Shown here: positions 10,596-19,298 of the stretch, one piece after another
Position numbering within the stretch: position 1 is the stretch's first letter
Layout: each line of letters begins with the position of its first letter
Origin: an uncultured Rhodothermaceae bacterium
Lineage (GTDB): Bacteria; Bacteroidota; Rhodothermia; Rhodothermales; DASSAV01
Direction: 5' to 3'
DNA: 57,399 nucleotides
Assembly: GCA_965365465.1 (NCBI GenBank)
Contig: CBDUBU010000001.1
Coordinates: 1 to 57,399, forward strand
Position numbers and translations under genes: made by a program
The notes under the pieces: model-generated
What the model was told of the DNA's origin: nothing
Database searches by the model: none
The model's input: the letters and a program-made list of their open reading frames with translations, nothing else

Positions 10596-10764
10596 AAATA
10601 GGTCCTGAGATGATTTTTTCTGCAAAACGAAGCGGGCTTTGCAACTTACAAAGCAGGTTGCGACCAACAACAGCGCCTTGAATCAAGATTGGACGAATTG
10701 AATTTCTTTTCTGCTTTCCAGCAACAAATGCCGCCAATGGGTCTGGTTGACCTTTGATACAGAC

Positions 10765-12021
10765 TTACTTTGATGCCGCTTCCTGAATAAGCCTTCCAAG
10801 ACATTCGACCGTGCGCTCGCCCCCCACAAATCGCCCATTAATCATAACGGCAGGCACGCGCGTGATGCCGAAATCTTCTACAATTTGCTTTCGCTGCTGG
10901 AGAACGAGATCCTGATAAGCGCCTTCCTCGATGCGCTCGGCCATATTCTTTTGATCGAGTCCGATCTCTTCAGCTACAGACTTGAGTTGGTCAAGCGACA
11001 ATCCGCCGCGCTGCTGCATGGCGAACTGGCGATCTATCATTTCAAAGAACTTCCCTTCCTGAGCGGCATAAGCAAGCGCCTGCATCTGGGTCATCGAGAT
11101 GTCCTGCCAGAACATGACCGGCTTAAAGTAGAACCGGGCCTGATCGCCGTATTTCGCAACGACCTGCTTCATTATCGGATGCAGGTCCTTGCAATGACCA
11201 CAGTTTGGCTCAAACACCTCAACCACGGTTACTGGCGCATCCGGCTTCCCCTGAGCCGGATCACTGAAACTTATCAGATCCAGGTAGTTCGTCACCGGCT
11301 TGCGTTCCGGATCGTAATAGCATTCAGCCGCGCTCCCTGCCGGCGCTACAGCCGGATTGCCGGCAGCTTCCACCACTGCCGGCGCTGCTGTTGAACGTTC
11401 CAGACCGCTGTAGTAGAGCATATCGGCGCCCGCCAGTACAAGAACGATTACCGTGAGAGAAGCGAACAGCGCTCCGTCCCGAGCGAATTTTTTTGACTGC
11501 ATAGCAATTCTTTTTCTGGAAGAGTGAGTGAAATAATCAGCCAATTGCAGCCCGAAAAGGACTGTCATAATTGCTGCAGAGATAAGACATAACGCACAGA
11601 ATTCATCCAGTACAAAGTACTGGTAGTATACCAGATACAGGGTGAACAAAAACCCGATCCCGATAAGCAAGGCGCGAAGCTGTTTCAGTCGGTATACTGA
11701 ATTGCCGGACCCAAAGGCAATACCCGCTGTTATGGCGGCAATAACAATATAAAACAACATCCCCAGGGTGGCATTGGATATGCCGAAAAGACGACCGGCG
11801 CTGCTTTGCACGACAGCCTCACAGTCGAACGTCGCCTCGACAGCCTGAGAAGTTGTAAAGCCAAGACAGCCGCGATCAAAGCCCCGGCTCTGCTGGATCT
11901 GAAGGTGTACGGTAACCAACACGCCCAGGAGGGCAACAACGAAGATCACCCGGTCAAGAGCCGGGCGATAAACTGCCGGCCTCGTTTCTGCTACGATCTT
12001 TCTATCAGGTTTCCTGGCCAT
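10765..12021 (-). CDS. VKOR-family membrane oxidoreductase fused to a DsbA/thioredoxin-like periplasmic domain
   Basis: The N-terminal polytopic region has paired cysteines (GCLGF...FDCE, FCALC). The C-terminal domain carries CGHC (EPNCGHCKDLHP) and DsbA-like helices. Start placed at ATG 12019-12021 (MARKPDRK). Confidence 0.8.
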   Translation of the reverse strand: MARKPDRKIVAETRPAVYRPALDRVIFVVALLGVLVTVHLQIQQSRGFDRGCLGFTTSQAVEATFDCEAVVQSSAGRLFGISNATLGMLFYIVIAAITAGIAFGSGNSVYRLKQLRALLIGIGFLFTLYLVYYQYFVLDEFCALCLISAAIMTVLFGLQLADYFTHSSRKRIAMQSKKFARDGALFASLTVIVLVLAGADMLYYSGLERSTAAPAVVEAAGNPAVAPAGSAAECYYDPERKPVTNYLDLISFSDPAQGKPDAPVTVVEVFEPNCGHCKDLHPIMKQVVAKYGDQARFYFKPVMFWQDISMTQMQALAYAAQEGKFFEMIDRQFAMQQRGGLSLDQLKSVAEEIGLDQKNMAERIEEGAYQDLVLQQRKQIVEDFGITRVPAVMINGRFVGGERTVECLGRLIQEAASK

Positions 12022-12316
12022 ATGATAAAACGGCAATGGATAAGAGTTGAATTGGACGAAATATAATGGTCTATCGGCTAACGACCATAAGACCGGCTTA
12101 TTCAATCGTCCGTAAAACGATCTGCAACTTGATACCGTTCCTGAACAATGGATTGGCGGGGGAAAGCTGCTCATCTTCTTATCCCGCAGTAGGTTTACAG
12201 GCAAACATCCAATAACTTTGGTTGCCGCCGTTTCAAGGCTATCGCGTTATTATCACTCTTGGTGACTCCGTGCGGTTCAAGCAACTACCCTCCGTTGCAT
12301 TTGATTAAAAGATTCA

Positions 12317-14194
12317 ATGCCTCCTCGTCGCCGTTCCTCGAATCTGGTTAAGTCACTCTATCCCCGAACCCTGCTTCTCTTTCAGCATGACTTTGACTGG
12401 CGCATCACAGGGCGCTGGATGGCTTATTCCGCGATCATAGGAATTGCCGGCGCTCTCGCGGCTGTATTGTTTTCATATCTGATCGATTCCGTCAGCCACC
12501 TCGCGCTTGCTTACGCCGCAGGCTATAGAATGCCTCAGCCCGCAGGAGAAGCCTCCGACGCGACCATCTTCAACCTTGCTCAGGCTATGTCGCCCGACCG
12601 GAGATGGCTTCTTTTACTGCTGCCTGCGCTGGGAGGGCTGCTCAGCGGCTGGGTCGTATATACCTTCGCCGCTGACGCCCAGGGAGCAGGCACCGATGCA
12701 GTTATCCGGGCTTTCCATCAGGAAAACAGCATCATTGCACCGCGCGTGCCTCTTGTGAAGGGCATCGCTTCAGCCCTCACGATTGGATCAGGCGGAAGCG
12801 CAGGGCGCGAAGGGCCGATCGCACAGATAGGAGCGGCGCTGGCATCTCTCATCGCGCAACGCTTGCATCTCGATGCGCGCGAGCGGCGCATCTTACTGGT
12901 TGCGGGTATTGCAGCAGGAATTGGGAGTATTTTTAGATCCCCTCTCGGAGGCGCCTTTTTTGCCGTTGAGGTTCTTTACCGCGAGGACATCGAAAGCGAG
13001 GCATTAATGCCTGCCGTCATTGCAGGCATTACAGGTTATTCCGTCTATAGTAGTATTGAGGAGTCCAGCACGGTGTTCAAGACTCCAGCCTTCGCGTTCG
13101 TGAATCCGCTGGAGCTTCTTCCCCTGATCCTGTTTGCGCTGGTTTGCGCGATTGTCGGCATCTTCTTCGTCCGGATCTTCGAAGCAACACGAACACGTGT
13201 GTTTGATCCCCTGCCTGTTTCTAAGAAGTTCAAACCCGCCATCGGCGGCCTTGTGGTCGGGTGTATGGCCTTCTTTTTTCCGCCTATTCTAGGCTCCAGT
13301 TACGGCTGGCTTCAACAGGCTATCGACGGGAACCTTCCCTTCACCCTAATGGCAATGCTTGCCCTGCTCAAAATATTCGCCACCTCTCTCACCATTGGCT
13401 CAGGCGGCTCCGGCGGTGACTTCGCTCCCTCCATTGTTATAGGAGGTATGCTCGGCGGACTTTTTGGCGGAGGTATGCACGCGCTGTTGCCAAATCTCGT
13501 TACACAGCCCGGCGCCTATGTTATGATCGGTATGGCTACCTTTCTGTCGGGGGTTGCCAATGTCCCTATCGCTACGACCATCATGATCTCTGAAATGACA
13601 GGGTCCTACACGCTGCTCGTTCCCCTGCTCTTTTCAGGAGTAGTGGTTCACCTCGTGGCTCGACGGTGGAGTCTATACCCCGAACAGGTCCGAACCTCTC
13701 ACGATTCACCCGTCCACCAGCTTGAACTTACACCCGACCTGTTAAGCACCGTAACCATAGGTTCTGTGATAGACCATCCTGTGTACTACCACACGCTGGA
13801 ACCCTCCAACACACTGTCTGAAATGCTGGATGTGTTTACACGGACGCGAGAGGTTGTTCTGCCGGTTGCCGCCCCTGTGTCTCGTCCGCATCAGTCGTCG
13901 TCCACGCCTTCCTACACCGGAATGGTCCTGCTTGATGATGTGCAATCCCTGTTAAAATCATCCGATACGCTGCGAAATGTCGTGATCGCGCACGACGTTC
14001 AAGTTCCGTTTGCCTCTGTAAAACTTGATGACACACTGGATACGGTTCTGAATGCCTTCCTGGAGACTCAGTACCCGGAGTTGCCTGTATTGAACGCAGA
14101 GGGGAAAATTGTAGGATTTGCGCGGCAGGGACAAATCATCAGCGAATACTATCGTGCATACCTGCGCAGGAAAAGCATTGAAGACGCCAACTAG
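12317..14194 (+). CDS. ClC-family chloride channel/antiporter with C-terminal CBS pair
   Basis: GSGGSAGREGP and GGSGGDFAPS selectivity-filter motifs, many TM helices and a C-terminal CBS-like region of about 170 aa. Confidence 0.88.
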   Translation: MPPRRRSSNLVKSLYPRTLLLFQHDFDWRITGRWMAYSAIIGIAGALAAVLFSYLIDSVSHLALAYAAGYRMPQPAGEASDATIFNLAQAMSPDRRWLLLLLPALGGLLSGWVVYTFAADAQGAGTDAVIRAFHQENSIIAPRVPLVKGIASALTIGSGGSAGREGPIAQIGAALASLIAQRLHLDARERRILLVAGIAAGIGSIFRSPLGGAFFAVEVLYREDIESEALMPAVIAGITGYSVYSSIEESSTVFKTPAFAFVNPLELLPLILFALVCAIVGIFFVRIFEATRTRVFDPLPVSKKFKPAIGGLVVGCMAFFFPPILGSSYGWLQQAIDGNLPFTLMAMLALLKIFATSLTIGSGGSGGDFAPSIVIGGMLGGLFGGGMHALLPNLVTQPGAYVMIGMATFLSGVANVPIATTIMISEMTGSYTLLVPLLFSGVVVHLVARRWSLYPEQVRTSHDSPVHQLELTPDLLSTVTIGSVIDHPVYYHTLEPSNTLSEMLDVFTRTREVVLPVAAPVSRPHQSSSTPSYTGMVLLDDVQSLLKSSDTLRNVVIAHDVQVPFASVKLDDTLDTVLNAFLETQYPELPVLNAEGKIVGFARQGQIISEYYRAYLRRKSIEDAN

Positions 14195-14208
14195 ACAGAT
14201 CGCTTCCC

Positions 14209-15150
14209 ATGCCCTTTGACCTCGATCTGAAGAACGAGATCGTACGGGAAATTCTATTCTCGCTAATCGGTCTGTTTGCAATCCTTGTGGTCGTCCGGCT
14301 GGCGAAGCGCTTCGCCGTAAGCAGGATTGATGACGCTGCGCGGCGCTACCGCACGTCGAAAGCCATCGGCCAGATTGGCGGTATGCTGGCTATCCTGTTT
14401 CTTGCTGCCGTCTGGTCCCCACAGGAAGAAAACATCGTGACGCTCCTTACCGTGATAGGAGCGGGACTTGCCATCTCCATGAGGGAAGCGCTGCTCAGCG
14501 TAGTAGGTTGGGCGAACATTATCTTCCGATCACCTTATGGACAGGGAGATCGTATTGAGATCAACGGCGCACGCGGCGACGTAATAGATATTCGTCTTTT
14601 CCACACGACGGTGATGGAGGTCGGAGGCTGGGTAGCGGCGGACCAGAGCACAGGGCGAATCCTGCACCTCCCGAATAGCTGGATCTTTCAGCACGCCGTT
14701 TATAACTATACAAGAGGGTTTAGCTTCATATGGAATGAGGTTTCACTCACCGTTTCCTTTCGAAGCGACTGGTCGGCGGCCAGAGAAATCATGCTTGCCC
14801 TGGCGCAGGAGTCGGCGGCAGTCCTCGAACAGCAGGCATCCAGGGAAATAAGGCGCCTTTCTCGCGAGTATCTCATTCATTATAGCATCCTTACGCCGTT
14901 CGTTTACGTCGGAATTTCGCCAAACGGGGTAAAGCTGACGCTACGCTACCTTTGTGAGGCGCGAAAGCGGCGCGGCACTGAACACGCGCTTACAATAAGC
15001 ATACTTCAGGCATTCAAGGAAAATGGCAGAATCGAACTCGCGTACCCGATGATCGGTGTTTCTCCCTTTGAGTCGCCCCAGTTCGGCCCTATGCCGGACC
15101 CCCATCCGGGTATGCCTGGCGGCCACAGCGCACCGGGGCCTCCAAAGTGA
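14209..15150 (+). CDS. MscS-family mechanosensitive channel
   Basis: TM helices followed by PYGQGDRIEINGARGDVIDIRLFHTTV, the MscS beta-domain signature. Confidence 0.8.
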   Translation: MPFDLDLKNEIVREILFSLIGLFAILVVVRLAKRFAVSRIDDAARRYRTSKAIGQIGGMLAILFLAAVWSPQEENIVTLLTVIGAGLAISMREALLSVVGWANIIFRSPYGQGDRIEINGARGDVIDIRLFHTTVMEVGGWVAADQSTGRILHLPNSWIFQHAVYNYTRGFSFIWNEVSLTVSFRSDWSAAREIMLALAQESAAVLEQQASREIRRLSREYLIHYSILTPFVYVGISPNGVKLTLRYLCEARKRRGTEHALTISILQAFKENGRIELAYPMIGVSPFESPQFGPMPDPHPGMPGGHSAPGPPK

Positions 15151-15299
15151 AACGCTCTCTGCCGGACAGAGCTTCCTCAAAGAATGGCGATCAATTTACC
15201 GTCTATGCTGCCGAGGCATTCAGGTAATAAAAAATCCATTTAGAGTTAAGAACCGTTTCCCGGTTGCATTGTCGGTCAGCATATACGTATCTTCACTTT

Positions 15300-15401
15300 A
15301 TGGCAAAAATGATGTCACATACGGCCCTTCTTATCGGCTTCTGGTGGTGGCGCACCGCAGCAGCAGTGGGACCGTTACGTTCTTGCAGCACGATGAAATA
15401 G
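15300..15401 (+). CDS. trp operon leader peptide (33 aa) with WWW
   Basis: My own translation (the ORF is below the track size cut-off): MAKMMSHTALLIGFWWWRTAAAVGPLRSCSTMK*. TGG TGG TGG lies at 15342-15350, the ORF sits directly upstream of trpE, and a terminator follows. Confidence 0.65.
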   Translation: MAKMMSHTALLIGFWWWRTAAAVGPLRSCSTMK

Positions 15402-15426
15402 ATCATCGCCAGCTTTGCAAACCCGG

Positions 15427-15460
15427 CCCGCTGCTCCCTCGGCAGTGGGTTTTTTGTTTT
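15427..15460 (+). terminator. Intrinsic terminator of the trp attenuator
   Basis: CCCGCTGC (15427-34) pairs with GCAGTGGG (15442-49) across a 7-nt loop: 8 bp including one G-U. TTTTTTGTTTT (15450-60) follows. The trpE ATG is at 15463. Confidence 0.7.
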
Positions 15461-15462
15461 CT

Positions 15463-16986
15463 ATGACTACCATGATGACTTTTGCTTCATTCCAGCAGAT
15501 CGCCGAAGAGCAGCGATCCCGTGATCCCGGAAGGTTTATCATTCCGGTTTTCAAACGTCTGAGCGCCGACCTTCTGACCCCGGTATCCGCTTTTCTCCTC
15601 CTGCGCGAGAATAGCAAATTCGGCTTTCTTCTTGAAAGCGTAGAAGGCGGCGAAAAGCTGGCCCGATACTCCTTCCTTGGAAAAAACCCCTACCGCATTG
15701 TAAAAGCGTTCGGAGAATCGGTAGTCGTGAATACCCGCGATCCTGCCGCAAATGGCAAAGAGACGGCGTACAGCGGAGACATCATTGCCGTGCTCAGACA
15801 AATGCTCGCAGAATACAAAGAAGTGAAAATACCCGACCTTCCGAGGTTTGCGAGTGGCGCAGTGGGCTATATGGGTTACGATGTGATCCGCCGAATCGAA
15901 AATCTTCCCGATGGCCCTCAAGAAAGTCTCGGCTTTCCGGATGCCGTGTGGTGTTTTTACGATGCCATAATCGCTTTCGACCATGTGAAGCACCAGCTCA
16001 TCCTGATGGCAACAGCTTTCGTCGAACCGGAAACCAGACTTGAAGAAGCCTACGATATTGCTTCTGCAAAAATTGAGGAGCTGACGAGAGAGCTTGCGCA
16101 GCCAATGTATCACATACCGGAGCCGGTAACCTTTTCAGATGGGGCTATCAGGTCCAATTTCTCCAGGCCGGGCTTCGAGCAGGCAGTCGAGGAAGCGAAA
16201 CGCTATATCTACGAAGGCGACATCTTTCAAGTAGTGCTGTCCCAACGGTTTCAGATGAATTTCTCCGGAGATCATTTCAATCTCTACAGATCCTTGAGGC
16301 AGGTTAATCCTTCCCCTTACCTTTTCTATCTTGCCTTCGAACACTTTGCGTTGATCGGATCGTCTCCGGAGGTGCTCGTCAGGGTTGAAAATGGCCGCGC
16401 CGAGGTCTTACCCATTGCCGGAACCCGGCGTCGCGGCAATACAAAAGAAGAGGATGAAGCCCTGGAAAAGGAACTGCTCGCCGATGAAAAGGAATGTGCA
16501 GAACATATTATGCTGGTTGACCTGGGCCGAAACGACCTGGGGCGTGTGTGTAAATACGGAACGGTGCAGGTGAACCGGTTTTCCTTTGTGGAGCGCTATT
16601 CGCACGTTATGCACATTGTCTCATCCGTGTCCGGTATTTTACCCGCCGAACGAAATGCGATGGATGTACTTTCCGCCTGTTTCCCCGCCGGCACCGTGAG
16701 CGGCGCTCCCAAAGTGCGCGCCATGCAGATAATCGACGAACTGGAGCCTACGAAACGAGGCGTATATGCGGGCGCAGTCGGATATGTCGACTTCTCTGGC
16801 AATCTGGACACCTGTATTGCCATCCGAACGATGATTGTTTGTGATAACGTGGTATATGTCCAGGCAGGAGCAGGTATTGTTGCAGACAGCGATCCTGCGA
16901 AAGAATATGAAGAGACCGAGAACAAGGCGCGCGCGTTGCGCGAGGCGATGCTGGCAGCCTCCGAAGGGCTCCTTTCCTCGACGTGA
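15463..16986 (+). CDS. trpE: Anthranilate synthase component I
   Basis: LLESVEGGEK near the N-terminus, then GTRRRG, LLADEKE.AEH.MLVDL.RND and GAPK.RAM.II.ELE...RG.Y.G.VGY. Start moved to ATG 15463, because the track's TTG start at 15415 runs through the terminator. Confidence 0.95.
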   Translation: MTTMMTFASFQQIAEEQRSRDPGRFIIPVFKRLSADLLTPVSAFLLLRENSKFGFLLESVEGGEKLARYSFLGKNPYRIVKAFGESVVVNTRDPAANGKETAYSGDIIAVLRQMLAEYKEVKIPDLPRFASGAVGYMGYDVIRRIENLPDGPQESLGFPDAVWCFYDAIIAFDHVKHQLILMATAFVEPETRLEEAYDIASAKIEELTRELAQPMYHIPEPVTFSDGAIRSNFSRPGFEQAVEEAKRYIYEGDIFQVVLSQRFQMNFSGDHFNLYRSLRQVNPSPYLFYLAFEHFALIGSSPEVLVRVENGRAEVLPIAGTRRRGNTKEEDEALEKELLADEKECAEHIMLVDLGRNDLGRVCKYGTVQVNRFSFVERYSHVMHIVSSVSGILPAERNAMDVLSACFPAGTVSGAPKVRAMQIIDELEPTKRGVYAGAVGYVDFSGNLDTCIAIRTMIVCDNVVYVQAGAGIVADSDPAKEYEETENKARALREAMLAASEGLLSST

Positions 16987-17537
16987 TTGCTGACCGCACA
17001 AGTTCTGTTGCAGAGAGTATAGCGCTAGAATCCAGCGCCTATAGTCACTTTCACCAATTCGACAAAGCTATGCTGAACTTTTTCCTCAACAAGGGCGGCG
17101 CAGGCGTCTCGCTCTCACGTCAGGAAACGGTAAATCGCCTCAATCCGATCATCCGTTCCCACTATGAACTGAATCAGGCCTATAGCGCTTTCAACGATCA
17201 AATAGAAGACCGTGATATTGCAGATCGACTGGCGGGCTTCCTGCGAACCGCCCGCATCGACATCGGCAAACTGGCTGAGACGGTCTTTAGCGCCGGAGGC
17301 GTTGCCTACAATGGCGTGGATATGCGCAACACCAGCCTGGATGTCCTGCCCGGGAAAGACACGATGCTGGATGATCTGCTTCGCCGGGAAAAACAGTTTC
17401 AGGATGCGCTCGATGCTGAATCAGAGGTCCAGCACCAGATCAGAACGCAGGCGATACTTAAAAACATTCAGGCTAACAGCCAGGCCCGCGAGAAATACCT
17501 GCAAGAACTGTCGCATCGGATGAGCCGTCAGGTTTAA
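16983..17537 (+). CDS. Hypothetical all-helical protein (ferritin-like/DUF2383-like four-helix bundle?)
   Basis: 184-aa ORF. The GTG start overlaps the trpE stop; an alternative ATG is at 17070. The pattern VNRLNPIIRSHYELNQAYSAFNDQIEDRDIADRLAGFLRTARIDIGKLAETVFSAGG loosely resembles PA2169/DUF2383 proteins. The family assignment is weak. Confidence 0.45.
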   Translation: MIADRTSSVAESIALESSAYSHFHQFDKAMLNFFLNKGGAGVSLSRQETVNRLNPIIRSHYELNQAYSAFNDQIEDRDIADRLAGFLRTARIDIGKLAETVFSAGGVAYNGVDMRNTSLDVLPGKDTMLDDLLRREKQFQDALDAESEVQHQIRTQAILKNIQANSQAREKYLQELSHRMSRQV

Positions 17538-17585
17538 CCTTCTGCGCCCCTCGCATGACGAATAGCTGAAGTCATTGTATCCATC

Positions 17586-18626
17586 ATGGACTTGAAACTG
17601 GAATTATCTTCTTCTACAGGCGCTCCCAGTATGGATCGCAGCACGGTGGTCGTGTCAGGCATTCAACCTTCCGGCGCCCTTCACCTCGGAAATTATTTCG
17701 GAGCCATACGACAGCATATTCACCTCCATTCCCTGCATGAATCCTACTATTTCATTGTAAACTACCATGCGCTCACGTCGCTGCGCGACCCTAAAGCGCT
17801 CGAACGGTACACGATAGACGTTGCGCTTGATTATCTGGCTCTGGGCTTCAATCCTGAAGCCTCGCATCTCTTCGTACAGAGCGACGTGCCCCAGGTAACG
17901 GAACTGGCGTGGATTTTCTATAACCTGACCCCGGTTTCGCAACTCGAAAAAGGTGTTTCCTATAAAGACAAGGTGGCTCAAGGCATCTCGCCTAACGCAG
18001 GGCTTTTTAACTATCCAGTGCTTCAGGCGGCTGATATCTTGATCTATGGCGGCACGCTGGTGCCGGTAGGCGCTGATCAAAAGCAGCACATCGAAATGGC
18101 CCGCGATACCGCGCAGCGGTTTAACAGCGCCTTCTGCCCTGACGACGAACCTTTCTTTGAAATTCCTGAACCGCTGATTCTGGAGGACGTGGCGGTGATC
18201 CCCGGACTGGATGGGCGGAAAATGTCGAAAAGCTATGGCAATACCATTGGGATCTTCGATGAAGGCAAAGATCTCAAACGTAAGATTATGAGCATTGTGA
18301 CGGACTCAACGCCGCTGGAAGAGCCGAAGAATCCGGAAACGGATAATGTATTCTCGCTTATCAAGCTTTTTGCCGACCCCGGGACGCGCAAGCGCATTGC
18401 AGATGCCTACAGGACCGGTGGATACGGCTACGGACATGCAAAAAAAGAATTGCTCGGACTCGTAGAAAACTATTTTGCCGAGGCTCGTGAGCGCCGGCGC
18501 GAGCTTTCAAAGGACATGGACTATGTGCGAGATGTGCTTCGGCAAGGAGGCGCTATTGCTCGAAAAAAAGCAGAAGCGTGCATGGAAGCCGTACGCGAAC
18601 GTGTGGGTCTGATCAAGACTGGCTGA
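17586..18626 (+). CDS. trpS: Tryptophan--tRNA ligase
   Basis: GIQPSGALHLGNY (HIGH-type motif), GADQKQH and KMSKS (GRKMSKSYGN), at about 330-346 aa. An alternative ATG is at 17631. Confidence 0.95.
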   Translation: MDLKLELSSSTGAPSMDRSTVVVSGIQPSGALHLGNYFGAIRQHIHLHSLHESYYFIVNYHALTSLRDPKALERYTIDVALDYLALGFNPEASHLFVQSDVPQVTELAWIFYNLTPVSQLEKGVSYKDKVAQGISPNAGLFNYPVLQAADILIYGGTLVPVGADQKQHIEMARDTAQRFNSAFCPDDEPFFEIPEPLILEDVAVIPGLDGRKMSKSYGNTIGIFDEGKDLKRKIMSIVTDSTPLEEPKNPETDNVFSLIKLFADPGTRKRIADAYRTGGYGYGHAKKELLGLVENYFAEARERRRELSKDMDYVRDVLRQGGAIARKKAEACMEAVRERVGLIKTG

Positions 18627-18677
18627 TGTACTTGACGTGCCTGTTCCGCTCCTTTCGACGTTAAACAGTGGATCCTT

Positions 18678-19298
18678 ATGATACTGGTTATTGACAACTA
18701 CGATTCCTTCACATACAACCTTGTTCATCTGATTGGGGCTCGCACGACTGACATACAGGTAGTTCGCAACGATGCCTTGAGCGTGGAGGAAGTGCGGGAT
18801 CTGGCTCCTTCCGGAATCCTGATTTCACCCGGCCCAGGAAGGCCGGCCGATGCCGGCATTACTGAAGAGACCATCGCAACGCTCGGAAGGACAACGCCTG
18901 TTTTGGGTGTATGCCTCGGCCACCAGGCCATCGGAGAAGTTTTCGGAGGCCATGTTGTTCATGCGCCCAGCCTGATGCATGGAAAAACGAGCATCATCCA
19001 CCATGATGGACGTACTGTTTTTCAAAACCTGCCCGCTTCCTTTTCGGCAACACGTTATCACTCACTCGTCGTCCAACGGGAGACCTTGCCGGACGAACTG
19101 GAAATATCTGCGGAAACCGATGACGGCATCGTCATGGGCCTGCGTCACCGCGAATACCCCATTGAAGGGATTCAATTTCACCCGGAAAGCGTGCTTACCC
19201 CGGAGGGGCCGAAGCTTCTGGCAAACTGGCTGGATCTGGTATCCGGAAGGTCCGAAACCACTGCTGGCATTTCCATGAGCATACTACAACGCTTATGA
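18678..19298 (+). CDS. trpG: Anthranilate synthase component II (glutamine amidotransferase)
   Basis: MILVIDNYDSFTYNLV, GVCLGHQAIG and the FHPES catalytic triad context. Confidence 0.94.
   Translation: MILVIDNYDSFTYNLVHLIGARTTDIQVVRNDALSVEEVRDLAPSGILISPGPGRPADAGITEETIATLGRTTPVLGVCLGHQAIGEVFGGHVVHAPSLMHGKTSIIHHDGRTVFQNLPASFSATRYHSLVVQRETLPDELEISAETDDGIVMGLRHREYPIEGIQFHPESVLTPEGPKLLANWLDLVSGRSETTAGISMSILQRL

Noticed and set aside
8565-10670. N-terminal extensions in the ORF track (tkt; also trpE 15415, trpB 21973, hisG 25478, rlmN 55550, herA-like 53956)
   Set aside because: The extensions are non-homologous, often start at TTG/GTG and in the trpE case run through a terminator. Internal ATGs that restore canonical N-termini were used instead.
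12022-12316. Possible fluoride riboswitch upstream of the ClC gene
   Set aside because: I found no crcB-motif core (GGCGAUG...AAACCGCC...CUGAUGAUxCCUAC). The ClC is a long CBS-containing type, not the short CLC-F type usually linked to that riboswitch.
15487-16113. 208-aa reverse ORF inside trpE
   Set aside because: It is antisense to an unmistakable trpE frame. Its composition is that of an antisense shadow and I see no motif.
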